DNA from: Neoconidiobolus thromboides FSU 785
Taxonomy: Eukaryota > Fungi > Entomophthoromycota
Direction of reading: 5' to 3'
DNA: 64,000 nt
Assembly: GCA_025603075.1 (NCBI GenBank)
Contig: MU626275.1
Location: forward strand, 1-64,000
In this document: positions 13,233-25,054 of the stretch, piece after piece
Position numbering within the stretch: the first letter of the stretch is position 1
Layout: the number at the start of each line of letters is the position of its first letter
Notes under the pieces: model-generated
Database searches by the model: none
What the model saw: only the letters and a program-made list of their open reading frames with translations
Told to the model about the DNA's origin: nothing
Program-made: the position numbers and the translations under genes

Positions 13233-14344
13233 ACAGTTATTAATTTTATTGTTTTTTGATAAAAATTTTAATTAACTTTTATTTTTAAAATAAAATAAAG
13301 TGATGAAATTATAAAAAATATCTCTACATATTATAAATATTTGTTATAATATTAAAATATACAAGTCATAACGATATCAATATTATATAATAAAGAAAAA
13401 AATATTATAAACAATCACTTGGGAATTAGAACCTTTAACCTTATAATAAAGTTTAGTAACAAAAATTAGTTTATTTAAAATTTGAATTAAGCTTTTAAAC
13501 TAATCTATTTATTCACTAGTTTTATTTGTTTTTTGACTTTGTAGTTACTGATAAATTTCTTAGTTCATATTAACAAATCACATCGTTTTTATCTAATTAA
13601 ATAAAACTAGATTTTGCCTTTCAAAAAAAATAAAAATACTGAAATGAATCCAAGTATTTTTATGATATTATAATATTATAAAACTGACGAAAAAGTATGA
13701 ATTGATAATATAATCATAAATTAATATGCTAAAGCATTATTAAATAAATAAATATCATTGTATTGAAAATTCTTTAATTAAGGGACCATTATTCGTTTAT
13801 TTATAGAACAACTATTACATTATATGTATGCTTAATTCCATATAACGTAATAAGACATACTATAGTTTAATAGTAATTATTTTACTTTTGTATATACTGG
13901 TTTTAATGTAATATATTCAATATAAAAAGAAAGGAATAGCTTCTTTAAAATAAAGTGCTCAAAGTGAACCTTTAAATGTATTACTACAAAGATAATAGGT
14001 TTAGCAATAAATTATGTTTTCTCAAACATCTGTTCTTGATGGATTTAGGTTTTTGTCACTACTGATAGCAAGTTTAAATGAGTTAAATTTGGCATTTTAC
14101 TTTTTTTTTAAATTATAAAATCATAACCACAGGATAAGAAGCATTTGATTGGCCATAACATCAAAATGATTCGCTAATTCTAAATAAAGTTAATTAAATG
14201 AAGAATTTTTAAGAAGGGAGGGGAGAGCGGAACCCACAGCAATTAATTTTCATTAAAAAGCGGATATTGGTATTCTACAGTATATATAAAGCTTCTTCAA
14301 ATATTTTGTTGAAACTAACTTTTTTAATTTATAATTAATTTGAC

Positions 14345-15412
14345 ATGAAATTCAATATTTTATTACCGATCGTTTCCTTGATAGTTCAGGTAACTGCTCA
14401 TAGTAATATGCTTACTCCAGCACCAAGAGGAAATATTCAATGGTGGGGATATTGTTCAAGAGGTAACGGATGTAATGGAGCTTGTGATGCACCAAAAGCA
14501 GCCTCACCTTTTAATTCTATTTTTAATAAGAAGACCTATGTAAAGCGTGGAGAAACTATCCCAGTTGAATGGCTTAGACAAAACCACCCTGGAGGTTTTG
14601 TTAGAATATCGTTTACAACCATGGATAAATCAGATGAGCATAGTTCTTTTGACGAAGGAACAGTAAAATATATTTGTTATGAAACCAACTGCAAAGAAGA
14701 TCATCATGACCCAATGTTAGGTGAATTAAATGGCCCTGGATTCAAAAAATGTAGTAGCAACGTAAAAATACCTAATAATTTACCTGACGGTCCAGTCACT
14801 TTACAATGGACTTGGTTTGGTGGGGGTGTATTGTTCGCTGATCAAAAAGCTTCTTTTGCTAATTATATTTCATGCTCTGATATGATGGTCAAAGGAGGAG
14901 AACCTTTAGTTTCTGAAAAAAGTAAACCAGAATTCCAAGGCGGTGATGCTGCTTACAAAGGAGCTGATAAATGTCGTTATTGGTCAACTAACTCTGTTTT
15001 CGGTTGCCCATTAGGTGCTGAAGATAATAACAAGAATGGTTGTGGCTATGGTGATGCTAAATTTGGTGCACCTGCTGAATGGGAAAAAGGTAATGGACAG
15101 GCTGTGCCTTCAACTACCTCAACTCCTATTACAACTACTACAAATAGTGTCTCATCATCAGAACCAGCTGTAACTTCACCACAGACCTCCGTTTCTCAAA
15201 GCGCTGCCGACTCTACTACTACCTCAAATGTACCTGATACTTCCAATCCTAAACCAACGACATCACAAATCTCAACTGGTACTAAAGATATTTCCCCTAC
15301 TGAAGAGCCAAAATATCCAGTAGCACCATCCGATCCTATTGTTACCAAAGAAATCATTGGTCAAGGTCAAGGAAAATTAGTAACTCCTAAAAAGAAGTGC
15401 AAAAACCATTAA
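14345..15412 (+). CDS. Secreted His-brace (LPMO-like) copper protein with extra Cys module and Ser/Thr/Pro-rich tail
   Basis: 18-aa signal peptide ending VTA exposes His1 (HSNMLTPAPR). Second His in WLRQNHPGGFVRIS; TLQWTW..YISCSD end motif; intronless, 355 aa. Confidence 0.75.
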   Translation: MKFNILLPIVSLIVQVTAHSNMLTPAPRGNIQWWGYCSRGNGCNGACDAPKAASPFNSIFNKKTYVKRGETIPVEWLRQNHPGGFVRISFTTMDKSDEHSSFDEGTVKYICYETNCKEDHHDPMLGELNGPGFKKCSSNVKIPNNLPDGPVTLQWTWFGGGVLFADQKASFANYISCSDMMVKGGEPLVSEKSKPEFQGGDAAYKGADKCRYWSTNSVFGCPLGAEDNNKNGCGYGDAKFGAPAEWEKGNGQAVPSTTSTPITTTTNSVSSSEPAVTSPQTSVSQSAADSTTTSNVPDTSNPKPTTSQISTGTKDISPTEEPKYPVAPSDPIVTKEIIGQGQGKLVTPKKKCKNH

Positions 15413-15571
15413 ATCTCTAGCTTATTAAAAATAAATAGTATATATGTTATAGCATTTGACTTTTATAACTTTAAAATATAGTGAATTAATAGTTTAAAAA
15501 ATTATTTTATCGCTTTAAAAAATCATATAAAAAATTAAGGTTAAAATATTTTTATTAATAAGTACTAGTAA

Positions 15572-15653
15572 GGCACCTTGGCGGAGTGGTTAACGCGGAG
15601 CCCTGCTAAGGCTTTTCCCTTTGGGAGCGCAGGTTCGAATCCTGTGGGTGTCG
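15572..15653 (+). tRNA. tRNA-Ser(GCT)
   Basis: 82-nt cloverleaf, anticodon arm GAGCC-CTGCTAA-GGCTT, long variable arm TCCC-TTT-GGGA, GGTTCGAATCC. Confidence 0.96.
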
Positions 15654-15886
15654 ACTTTGTTCCCAACTTGGGAACTCAAAGATTTCGATAAATTCATACT
15701 GTCGAAATCTACAAAATAGTGTTGAGTGTTTTTTTTGAGAATTATTAACTTTCTATTAGATAAAAAGTGGGTGAAATAAAATAGACTACTGTAAGGGTTC
15801 TCATTATTTTTAATAAATTAGTACTTTTGAATTCTTTTATCATGGAATAAAATTCTAAATGTTTATTGCACAATTTTTAACTATAT

Positions 15887-15985
15887 GGGGATGTATTTTT
15901 GTGTTTAAGAGCTTTACTAATAATTTTCCCACTCAATTAGCACTTAAAGGATGGAAAAAGTAATGAAGCCAAAAAAAACATCTCC
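15887..15985 (+). mobile_element. ~97-bp MITE copy
   Basis: Consensus match; ATAT on both flanks. Confidence 0.88.
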
Positions 15986-17213
15986 ATATGCTATTACAAT
16001 TCCTTGAATCCTCCATTTGATTACATAGTTCAAGTAAATACTCCTTTAGGTACATATCTATGAAAAAAAGTAACGTACAATAAAAATTAACCTTGTATAG
16101 TTTGGGTCTAAACTAACCATCTATAAAAAACATACAGTATTAAAATATAAATAACACTCGCTAAATAGACCAAGATGTCTATTTTTAAACTTAACTTTTT
16201 TAGTGAGAGTAGTTATGTATGAATAAATTGAGGGAAGAATAAGGAAAGTCTTCTTAAAATTAGATTAAAAATATATTAGCGAAGTCTTGGCTTTTATAAT
16301 AGGGTATCAAAATATAACCACAATAGTATTATAATGACTTTTAGAAGCTTAAGCTAGTTTAACCGATATATAAACAAAGTTGATCAAATGGGACACTAAC
16401 ATTTATAATTAATGATTTTAAGTGGGTTGCTTTATGGTAATAATAATTCCATTTATAAAAAATCCTATAATGGTATAGCTTTAAATTACTTTCAATATAT
16501 TATCTTTTCAATTAAGTAATATATTGGAATAAACTTAGTATACCATTTAGAAAAAAAGTAATCAAGTTAATTCCCCTTTTAGCTGTAATAAATTAAAATT
16601 ATTTAATTTTTTTCAAATCCTGAAGGAGAAAAACTCCCAAGTGGTTTATTATTGGAGATATGAAAACGTATAAAAAACCAAATGATAAGGGTTATGGATG
16701 AGAGCGGGGGGAAAGGTGAGTAAGATAGTGAACTATGTAAACGCTGGGAACTTATCCAATTCGCTCTCACTTGCCTTATATTAAATAGGGCGAACTTCAT
16801 AGATTCAAACTCTATTTTGTCAGTACTACCCAAATAATTTTAAAACTTTGGATAAGGAATTTATATTTCCATTTATTTTGACCAAAAATGTTATATTTAT
16901 AATTAAGTCAAACACTCTCTTAATAATTATTAATAAAATACATTTATTTGTCAACATGTATATAAAAACTTAATAGAAACAAAACCTACTAATAAAATGT
17001 TGATTTACTCATAGTTTTGAAAATGATAAAAAAAGGGTTAAAAATAAGTAATAGAATGCTAAGATTTTATTAGTTTTATTAGTTTTATTAATTTAATGGT
17101 AAGTCTTCATAATAAAGATATAGAATAATATATACCCAAGTATAGGCTTAAGTAATGAGAAAGGGATGAATAGTGATAGCTTTCAAATCAAAGCCAATGA
17201 AACGCCTTTGACT

Positions 17214-17378
17214 TTATGGGTATGTTTCTCCAGTAAAATCTGGAGGTGGGATAGGGACTACTGGTGTAGGTTTAGTTGAATCAATAGTAACTAATGCAAC
17301 TGCTTTCGTTGGTAAATTTGAAGATAGTACAGAAACTATTAGGGTCAATGCAAAGAAATATAATAATGTAAACTTCAT
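17214..17378 (-). CDS. 54-aa secreted micro-peptide A (MKFTLLYFFALTLIVSVLSSNLPTKAVALVTIDSTKPTPVVPIPPPDFTGETYP)
   Basis: Below the ORF-track cutoff. Signal-peptide-like N-terminus, TATAAATA 41-48 nt upstream, shares PTPVV and terminal TYP with 19838-20008. Confidence 0.75.
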   Translation of the reverse strand: MKFTLLYFFALTLIVSVLSSNLPTKAVALVTIDSTKPTPVVPIPPPDFTGETYP

Positions 17379-19837
17379 TTTTGTTTATTTTAATATTTAA
17401 CACCTCTCAATATTGAACTATTTATATCTTTTATCTTAGAGTAATACTCCAAGTAATGTTTTTGAGATAAACATAACTTTAAGGAATGTTAAATTTGATT
17501 TTATTATTATTTGTTATGACATAAACAGGTTTATTTCCAGTATCTGGAATATGGATTCGAAGAAAAATATTTTGATATCCTTTTCAAGCTAATGATAAAT
17601 ATAGTATTTCAAAATTTTATTTATTCAATTACTTAATTCGAAAATATTTTATTCGTTTAGAGTTTCAAACCATAAACTGAATTTTTTCATAGCTTCATAT
17701 ACAAAGTTATTTGTAAATTAATACATTAATTTAATATTATTTTGGTTTTAAGCCTAATTTTACAAGGCATTTATTGATTAATATACCCCTTTTGGTTTTA
17801 TTTTATAGTTAATTTATAGATCAAAAAAAGCAGTAATAGGCTTGGGTCCACAACACTTTTACTTTTAAGGTTTTTATAAATCAAACAGTATCACGTAAAA
17901 CCAGGTTTAAATTGAGATCATAGATAGAATGTTGAATTTTCAAAACCAAATAATAGAATTTTTATAAACTCGCTAATACCATCAAAAACGTGACTTTTGT
18001 CTTAAGCTTTGGGTCATAAAACTGTTGTTATTTGGTATGGTAACATTGTTTTATCAGTTTTGAATGCATACTTTAAATTTATTTACTTTCTTATTCTATA
18101 ATGTTAATGTAATTAACATTATACTTTTAACATATAAAGAAGTAGCTACTGCTTTCATTTACGTAATTAGGGGTACTTATTGAAAATAAAAAACTTGTCG
18201 ATTTTGAAATAATATACAATTAAATTCAACTAAAAATAAAGGTTTATTATATTTAAAACCATAATCAATGTAGCATATCAAATAATTGACGTTTTGAGCC
18301 ATATTTGTATAATTCAAACATTAAGGTCTCAAACTTGATAAAATTTGATAAAATTTAATTTATTCTATATAATAGATAACCTATATATATTGTATATGGT
18401 TCAAAGAACTTAATGAGAGTCATATATATTAAAGCGATATTAATATATTTATGCTACTAAGCTATTGGTTATGATGATAGAATGTAAAGTTTTATTATGA
18501 GATAAGTTTATAAGATTTATTGATTCAACTACAAGTAAAAGTTGATATAAAATATATGATTTTGAGTGTAATGAAGTAACGAAATTCCTTTTAGAAAAGA
18601 AACCAAGCAAAATGGTTGGTATAATGCTCAAAATAAGAATGATACTATGACCAAGTATAAATATACAATGTTATCTAGACATTTTTTAATTAGCTATATA
18701 AGTTAAGCCTAGTTTATGTATTTATGTTCTATAACGATATAATTTATAGATATTAGAATTTCTATCTCAAAAAAATAAATCTCGCCTTATTTCAGTAACA
18801 TATTTTTGGAATTTTTGGAATATTTTTGTAAGACCTTATAATATTAAATCATTGATTTGAGTACTTGATTATCATTTTATTAATCAAAATAAATTCAATT
18901 GAAGTATCCCTAGACATCCACAGGTGGCTATTACCATTATTAAAGGGTACATGAAATTGGTAAGTATGTAAAATAAAATAAGATGAACCTCATGTTAGCT
19001 TATTTATTATCTAAATAAGAGTAAAGCGAAAAAATGGAGTTTAACCTGAATTATTTCAGCATGTTTATTATTTAATTATCATATATCTTTATGTACAATA
19101 TTACAATCTTCTCAGTTTTTTTACTTCTGCTTTTTGCAAAAGTCCTTTCTAGCTACCTTTAGATAAATGTATCAACGCTATCAAATAAATTAAAATGCAA
19201 GTAAAGTGACCAATTTATATAAAATAATACAACAGTTTATTATAATTATAATTTAAGGGTCATATTAAAACTTTATAATTATTTATTTTTTAAGTGCCAT
19301 ATGATTTATCAAATGATCATAATACTAAAAAAGGTAAGAGGAAATTTATTAATTTTACTGCTTATTATCTTTGTTAAAAAATATCTAAATATCCAATATT
19401 TACATTTATTTCTGCTTACTTATGATGGCGTTATTTATTTCAACGCCACTATTTAATATCATAGTAACATTTATATAGCATCAGTAAAAAGAATATGAAT
19501 TTTAGACTCAGATTATGTATTTGGTAAACTATAATAGAGTCACAAGTATTATTGAAAAGTGTTAATGAATGAAATTTTTTAATAAATTCAACAAAACCAT
19601 TTTATTGATAAGTTTACAATTTACGAACTAAAACTATTGATCAAAAGCTCCTTAAAGAATTAAATATTAATAAAGCGTATAAAACTTTAATGTGCACAAT
19701 AAAAACAGATCAATTAAAATATTGAATAATTTTATTTAATAACAAGACTTATAAACTTTTTGAAATAGGATTATAGTGTAAATATTGATATATGAGAAGT
19801 TGTAATAATTGAAACAAATGAAAAGGACAAAAATCGA

Positions 19838-20008
19838 TTAAGGGTAGGTATCAATATCAGTAGTTACTACTTTAACTTCAACAACTGGAGTAGGACCTGA
19901 ATTACCATCTTCAACTGGATGGGCTGCCCCGGTTGGTTTAGAATAACCATAAGTTTTGGTAGAGAGAGTAGTAAGGATAATCAAGGAAGTATAAATCAAA
20001 AATTTCAT
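19838..20008 (-). CDS. 56-aa secreted micro-peptide B (MKFLIYTSLIILTTLSTKTYGYSKPTGAAHPVEDGNSGPTPVVEVKVVTTDIDTYP)
   Basis: Signal-peptide-like N-terminus, TATATAAA 48-55 nt upstream, GC-richer than the flanks; probable paralogue of peptide A. Confidence 0.75.
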   Translation of the reverse strand: MKFLIYTSLIILTTLSTKTYGYSKPTGAAHPVEDGNSGPTPVVEVKVVTTDIDTYP

Positions 20009-20794
20009 TTTTATGAGGATTGTATTTGTATTAAAGATATAAGACTTTATCGTTCTTTATATACCTTTCCATTTAGTATAAGAATAAAAACTATAATATT
20101 AAAGAAATTAGATAATAATAAATGCGAAAAAAAACTCAATATCAAAGTAAGAATAGAATTAATAAAATTAAGGTTATAGCTTATAGATAAAGTATTACAA
20201 CTTCAACATAAAGAAAGCAATTCATAACATACCAAAAGAACTATCAATAGTTGTTTTAAAGCGAAAAGCTTTACAAATTCTTATGTTATAAACTGGTTTC
20301 TATTTTATTAATAATTTATTATCGCCTTTTTTTATTAATAACAATTAACTATTAGAAACTTACTTATTTTAATTGTCTATAATCATATTAAAATTACCAT
20401 ACCATAAATGGATGGCATTTCCTTAATTTATCTAAGTGAATTTTTTTAGTCACTACAAACGTGAGTAGAAAGTGGGCGTTTCCAAGCCTACATCAATTTT
20501 TATTTTATAAATAAAACGAAACTTTACCATACATTGTATTTTACATGATTTTAAACAATTTAAGACTTCAACACGTTTTCTTAATGTATAAAATCTAGAA
20601 GTTACTCTAAAAGGAAGCAAAAAGCCTTAACATTATATTAACATTATCTATCTTTCAGAAAAAGTGCGTATGAAATAATGTTTATCACCTTAGTAATAGG
20701 AGAGTGGAAAAGGCAAGGCCACGATGTGTTATGATTAAATTCTTATTAATTATTAAAACTTAATTAAAAACAAAATATTGTGGCTACAAAATTA

Positions 20795-21360
20795 TATGAT
20801 TCACAGTTCTAAACTTCTAAAGAAAAATTTAAAGTTTATATTTATATTTTTTGTATTTTTTATAAATAGAATAATCCCTATCAGGTATTATGGTAAACGT
20901 CATAAACTAATCGCTATATTTAAGTAAATTGAATTGTTTATCCAAAGGTATGATAAAATCAAATAATTTGAGGTTTATTATAGTGTCTAATGGAGATTAT
21001 TAGATTAACAGGATAGTATAATATAATATAAAAGTATGATTATAAAGATATATGGTTCACAGTTTCTAACTCTTGAAAAAAATACAATTTTTTTATCAAT
21101 TTTTTTACTTTTATTTTATAAGCAGAATAAACCTTATCAGTAATTATTGCTAGTGTCACAAACTAATCACTTTACTTAAATAAATTAAAGTATCTATATA
21201 AATGGTATAACAAAATTGAGTATAACATGACAGTCACTTTAGTGTCTGATAGGGTTTGTTCTATATAAAATAAAATTAAAAAATTTAATACAACATCATG
21301 ATTACGAACCTATATAATTCCAATTTTAAATCTTGAAAGAGTCTAAAGTTTATATTAGTT
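20795..21360 (+). repeat. Degenerate tandem repeat, unit about 256-260 bp, about 2.3 copies
   Basis: Units start TATGATTCACAG (20795) and TATGGTTCACAG (21051) and share internal AGAATAA..CTATCAG, AAACTAATC and TAGTGTCT; partial third unit near 21320. Confidence 0.6.
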
Positions 21361-21362
21361 AC

Positions 21363-21487
21363 TTTTATTTTATTTTATTTTATTTTATTTTATTTTATTT
21401 TATTTTATTTTATTTTATTTTATTTTATTTTATTTTATTTTATTTTACTTTATTTTACTTTATTTTATTTTTATTTTATTTTATTTT
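21363..21487 (+). repeat. (TTTTA)n microsatellite, about 25 units
   Basis: Seen directly, with a few TTTTAC variants. Confidence 0.97.
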
Positions 21488-21496
21488 CAAAATGTG

Positions 21497-21600
21497 GTAA
21501 CTTCCATCAGACACTGTAATAACCATTACAATATAAGCAAGTTTATTGGCCATTTATATAAATATTTTGATTTATTTAAACAGGTTAATTCATTTTGATA
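21497..21600 (-). repeat. Inverted copy of part of the 256-bp tandem unit
   Basis: Reverse complement TTAAATAAATCAAAATATTTATATAAATGG..ACAGTGTCTGATGGAAG aligns with TTAAATAAATTAAAGTATCTATATAAATGG..TTAGTGTCTGATAGGG at about 21176-21255. Confidence 0.65.
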
Positions 21601-22228
21601 AGATTGGTTTTTGTAAAGATTAAGATAGATTATAACAAAGCAGCCCTGTCACGATTGATGTCCCTAGGGCAGTACCCGCCTTTTCATTGAGACCCCCGCT
21701 ATTAATTATATTTCACTTATTTAGATCTTTCATGTATTTTTATATATTTTATAGTGTAGAATCTTTAGTTTGATCCCTTTATTAAAATTATTTTATTTAA
21801 TATCGCTTATTCAAAATAGTTTGTATATATATATATTCTTGTGCATTTAAAAATCACTTTCAATATACTCAAAAATTATCGTGAAGGTTTATTATTATTT
21901 TCAAGACTTTTTAATTATTTATCTATTTATTGTTTTTAGTATTATCTATTGATATTTATAAATAACATAAAAAAGATTAAAAAAGAAATAAGATAACATA
22001 AATATCCTAAAGCTGAATCATATGTACAGGCTGATTCACTGTAAGTATTGTGTAATACTAAGTTGGTGTTTCTAAAAAAATAAAGTTATTAATAAAATTA
22101 GAAACTTTTTTCTATTATTCCATCCTACTTTTATAAACTTTATTACCTAGCATTAATTATTTGATGTAAACAATAGCAATCAAAAATTTTATGACTATAT
22201 ACTAATTTAAATTTAAATTAAACAGAAG

Positions 22229-22312
22229 CTCACCTTAGCTCAGTTGGAAGAGCGATGGACTGTAAATCAAATAGCAATCCATCGGTCCCTGGTTCGATCC
22301 CGGGAGGTGAGA
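22229..22312 (+). tRNA. tRNA-Tyr(GTA) with 11-nt intron
   Basis: Acceptor CTCACCT/AGGTGAG, anticodon arm ATGGA-CTGTAA[intron]A-TCCAT, GGTTCGATCCC. Confidence 0.95.
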
Positions 22313-22571
22313 GTATCCCATACTTGATAGGAAATGTTCAAATTGGTTTAATTTTTTTGTTATAATTTATACTGTAAGTTGATTGCTTTATAGCTACCAT
22401 TGCAAATTTGTCATTAAATATATAATTTTAATGTTATAACTATATATTACTAGGCTAACTACTCGTTTTTATCCATCTATCTGTTAATTATTTTTATATA
22501 ACATAAGTAATATAATAATAGCTTTTATTCATTTTTATAACTAATTGCTTTTCAATCATTTACCAATCTGG

Positions 22572-22641
22572 TTACTAACAATTTTTTTGCTCAAATAGTG
22601 CTTAAAAGATAGAAAAAGTGATGAAGTCAAAAAAACACCTC
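22572..22641 (+). mobile_element. ~97-bp MITE, 5'-truncated copy
   Basis: TTACTAACAATTTTTTTGCTCAAATAGTGCTTAAAAGATAGAAAAAGTGATGAAGTCAAAAAAACACCTC matches the consensus. Confidence 0.75.
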
Positions 22642-23016
22642 AGATAACAGTATGATTTGTTATTATATTTAACAAAACAAAAATACTTTTTAATACTTTA
22701 TATTATTATTGTTTTTATATTTCTGTTTTTTATTACGTTCATGAATAAAAATCTTAAATTTTGAAATTAATTAATTAATATTTTCTATTTTATCTGATGT
22801 TTTAAAACTATTATTTTATTGTGAAGATTTTTAAAACATTATCGATTATATTTTTATAGTACTTACCAAAAGAACCAAAGTTATTATTTAAATTATTATT
22901 TGTTAATTTTTGTAAACTTTTTGAGTAAAAGCTTTAAGTATTTTGTAACTTAATATTTCAGACAAATAATCAAACTAAACTTTGCTTATTATTTTATTAT
23001 TTTTTAAATACAAAAT

Positions 23017-23077
23017 GGGGGATGTTTTTTTTAGTTTCATTACTTTCCTACTTTTTAAGCCCTATTTGAGCGGAAAA
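23017..23077 (-). mobile_element. ~97-bp MITE, truncated at a junction with an LTR-like end
   Basis: AAAT then GGGGGATG...GAGCGGAAAA, then an abrupt switch to another repeat family. Confidence 0.75.
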
Positions 23078-23124
23078 TGTGAAATATCGCTGTCAGCCCC
23101 ATGGTTAATTATAGCATAATAATC
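23078..23124 (-). mobile_element. Terminal fragment of the solo-LTR-like family
   Basis: TGTGAAATATCGCT..CAGC..CATAATAATC aligns with the reverse complement of the right end of 51603-52064. Confidence 0.65.
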
Positions 23125-23653
23125 TAAATTTATTAAATCTAGTCTTATTTTTATTATTGTATTTCATTTAAAATTTAAAATCAAAATTTATTTTTTATTA
23201 TTTATTTTTTGTTACTGTGTTTATATTTTTAGATTATTTTTTTTAAATTATGTATTAGGCACATATATTATATAAATCTGTTTTTTTTGCTGTATTTTCT
23301 AAATTTAATCATATATTAAAGACCTATAAATTTAAAAACTTAAAATTTAGATCAACTTTTAAGAAAATTATGAAATCAATTAGAGCATCCCCATATCTTT
23401 TTTATATGATCCGATTCAGTAGAACTCAATATAAATTTTCGTTTTGAATAAATGATCAGATAAAATGAATTTTATTATCATAAATTTACTAGTTTAATAT
23501 TTAGCTATTCTAGCCAAGATGACGCTTTCAACCTATTGTCAACTTAAATTTAGTATAGCCAATCAATCCTTTTTTCAACTATTGAAAAAATAGCTAATTC
23601 TAAATTCTAAGCTTCTATTAACTTTAAGCAAGCTTTCAAGAAAATATAAAAGG

Positions 23654-25054
23654 ATGAATAACCCCAACCTCTACAATCAAGGGTACGGAAACGAACGATA
23701 TATGCAAGGATACATGCAAGTACCACCAGGAACAAATAATGTTGCCAATAATCCTAATTTAGGCAACAATGGCGTACCACCAGGGCATTATGGTATGGTC
23801 CAAAACAATGAAGCTTATTATTATAATTCTATGCAAGGACAGAACCTTCCTTATATACATCCACAATTACAAAATATGCCTATATCGCAAGTAAATCCAA
23901 TTTCCATGTTAAATCAACATGCACAACAAATGCAAAGTAATAATATGTATCAGCATGGGGGTAATATTTCTAATTTAAACCCAAAGAACAAAGTATTAGA
24001 TATGGAAACCTTATTTTCAGCGGTTAATATGTTATTGGACCCAGCTACTTGTAAATTAGCTGTTCCCCAATTATTAGAATATAGAGAAGATTATGATATT
24101 TTAGGTCCAATGGTTTGGTACTCTTTTGGGGCAATGTCGGTCCTAATGCAAGAGATTTTTAAAGCTTATCCTAACTGTTATGGTTCTACATTGGGTAATG
24201 AACAGTCAGTCCATATTGGCCATGTGTTAACGTTGCTTCAGGTGATTGCTACCTGTGAAAGAATTAGACCTTTATTTGTTACTTGTAAGTAGACGTTTCA
24301 ATTGGTTTTAGCTTTGAAATTGAATTTAATTTTTTCTAGCTGCCATCCCTCATTTTTTATTACCCTTTTTAACAATACCGAATAAATTACAACCCATTGA
24401 GCATATTCGTACAAGCACCCTTGGTGTGTTTGGGGCTTTAGTTAAGGTAAAGTTATTTTCATTTATTAAATGATGTATGTTATTTATAGTTTTATAACTT
24501 TAACTTAGTGTGATGATTTAAAAATAGTTGAGGTCTTAATCAAAATGGATTTTTTACCTATTGTATTAAAATTAATTGAAACTAAAAGTTATGGAGCGGA
24601 TTTAACAAAGACGGTAACTATTTATTTTTTATCTGTATTATAATCTTATTTGTGGTTTATATAATTTGTATTTTAGATTGGTCTTTTTATCTTAGGGAAA
24701 TTACTAAATCATAAAACAGTGTTCGATTTAGTACTCAACTCCCAAGAATATTATTATTTTACAATATCAGGATTATTAGCAGCTACTTCATTTTTAAAAA
24801 ATGAAAAGTCCTTTAGATTATATAAACAATTATTAAAAGTATACATCAAATTATGTGAAAGTGCTTAGTAAGCCTTAATTTTATATATATTGAAGGATAA
24901 TGTACTAATGAATTTTTTTAGTGTTAGAAAATACCTTCAACTTCACTTACCAGAATGTTTAAGAGATAATACATTTAGTGAATATTATGAGGAAGATGAA
25001 TCTACAAGAAATCAAGTACAAAATTTACTTCACCTTATTAATAGCGAGAAATAA
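23654..25054 (+). CDS. CAF40: Divergent CCR4-NOT subunit Caf40/Rcd1/CNOT9 homologue with an N/Q/M-rich N-terminus; 5 exons
   Basis: LGPMVWYSFGAMSVLMQEI, LTLLQVIA, IPHFLLPFL, EHIRTSTLGVFGALVKCDD and LPECLRDNTF align with the Rcd1 armadillo core; four GT-AG introns. Confidence 0.8.

Noticed and set aside
18166-18912. Further YP-stop endings (minus near 18167, plus near 18912) as more micro-peptide paralogues
   Set aside because: No upstream in-frame ATG or signal peptide before a stop.
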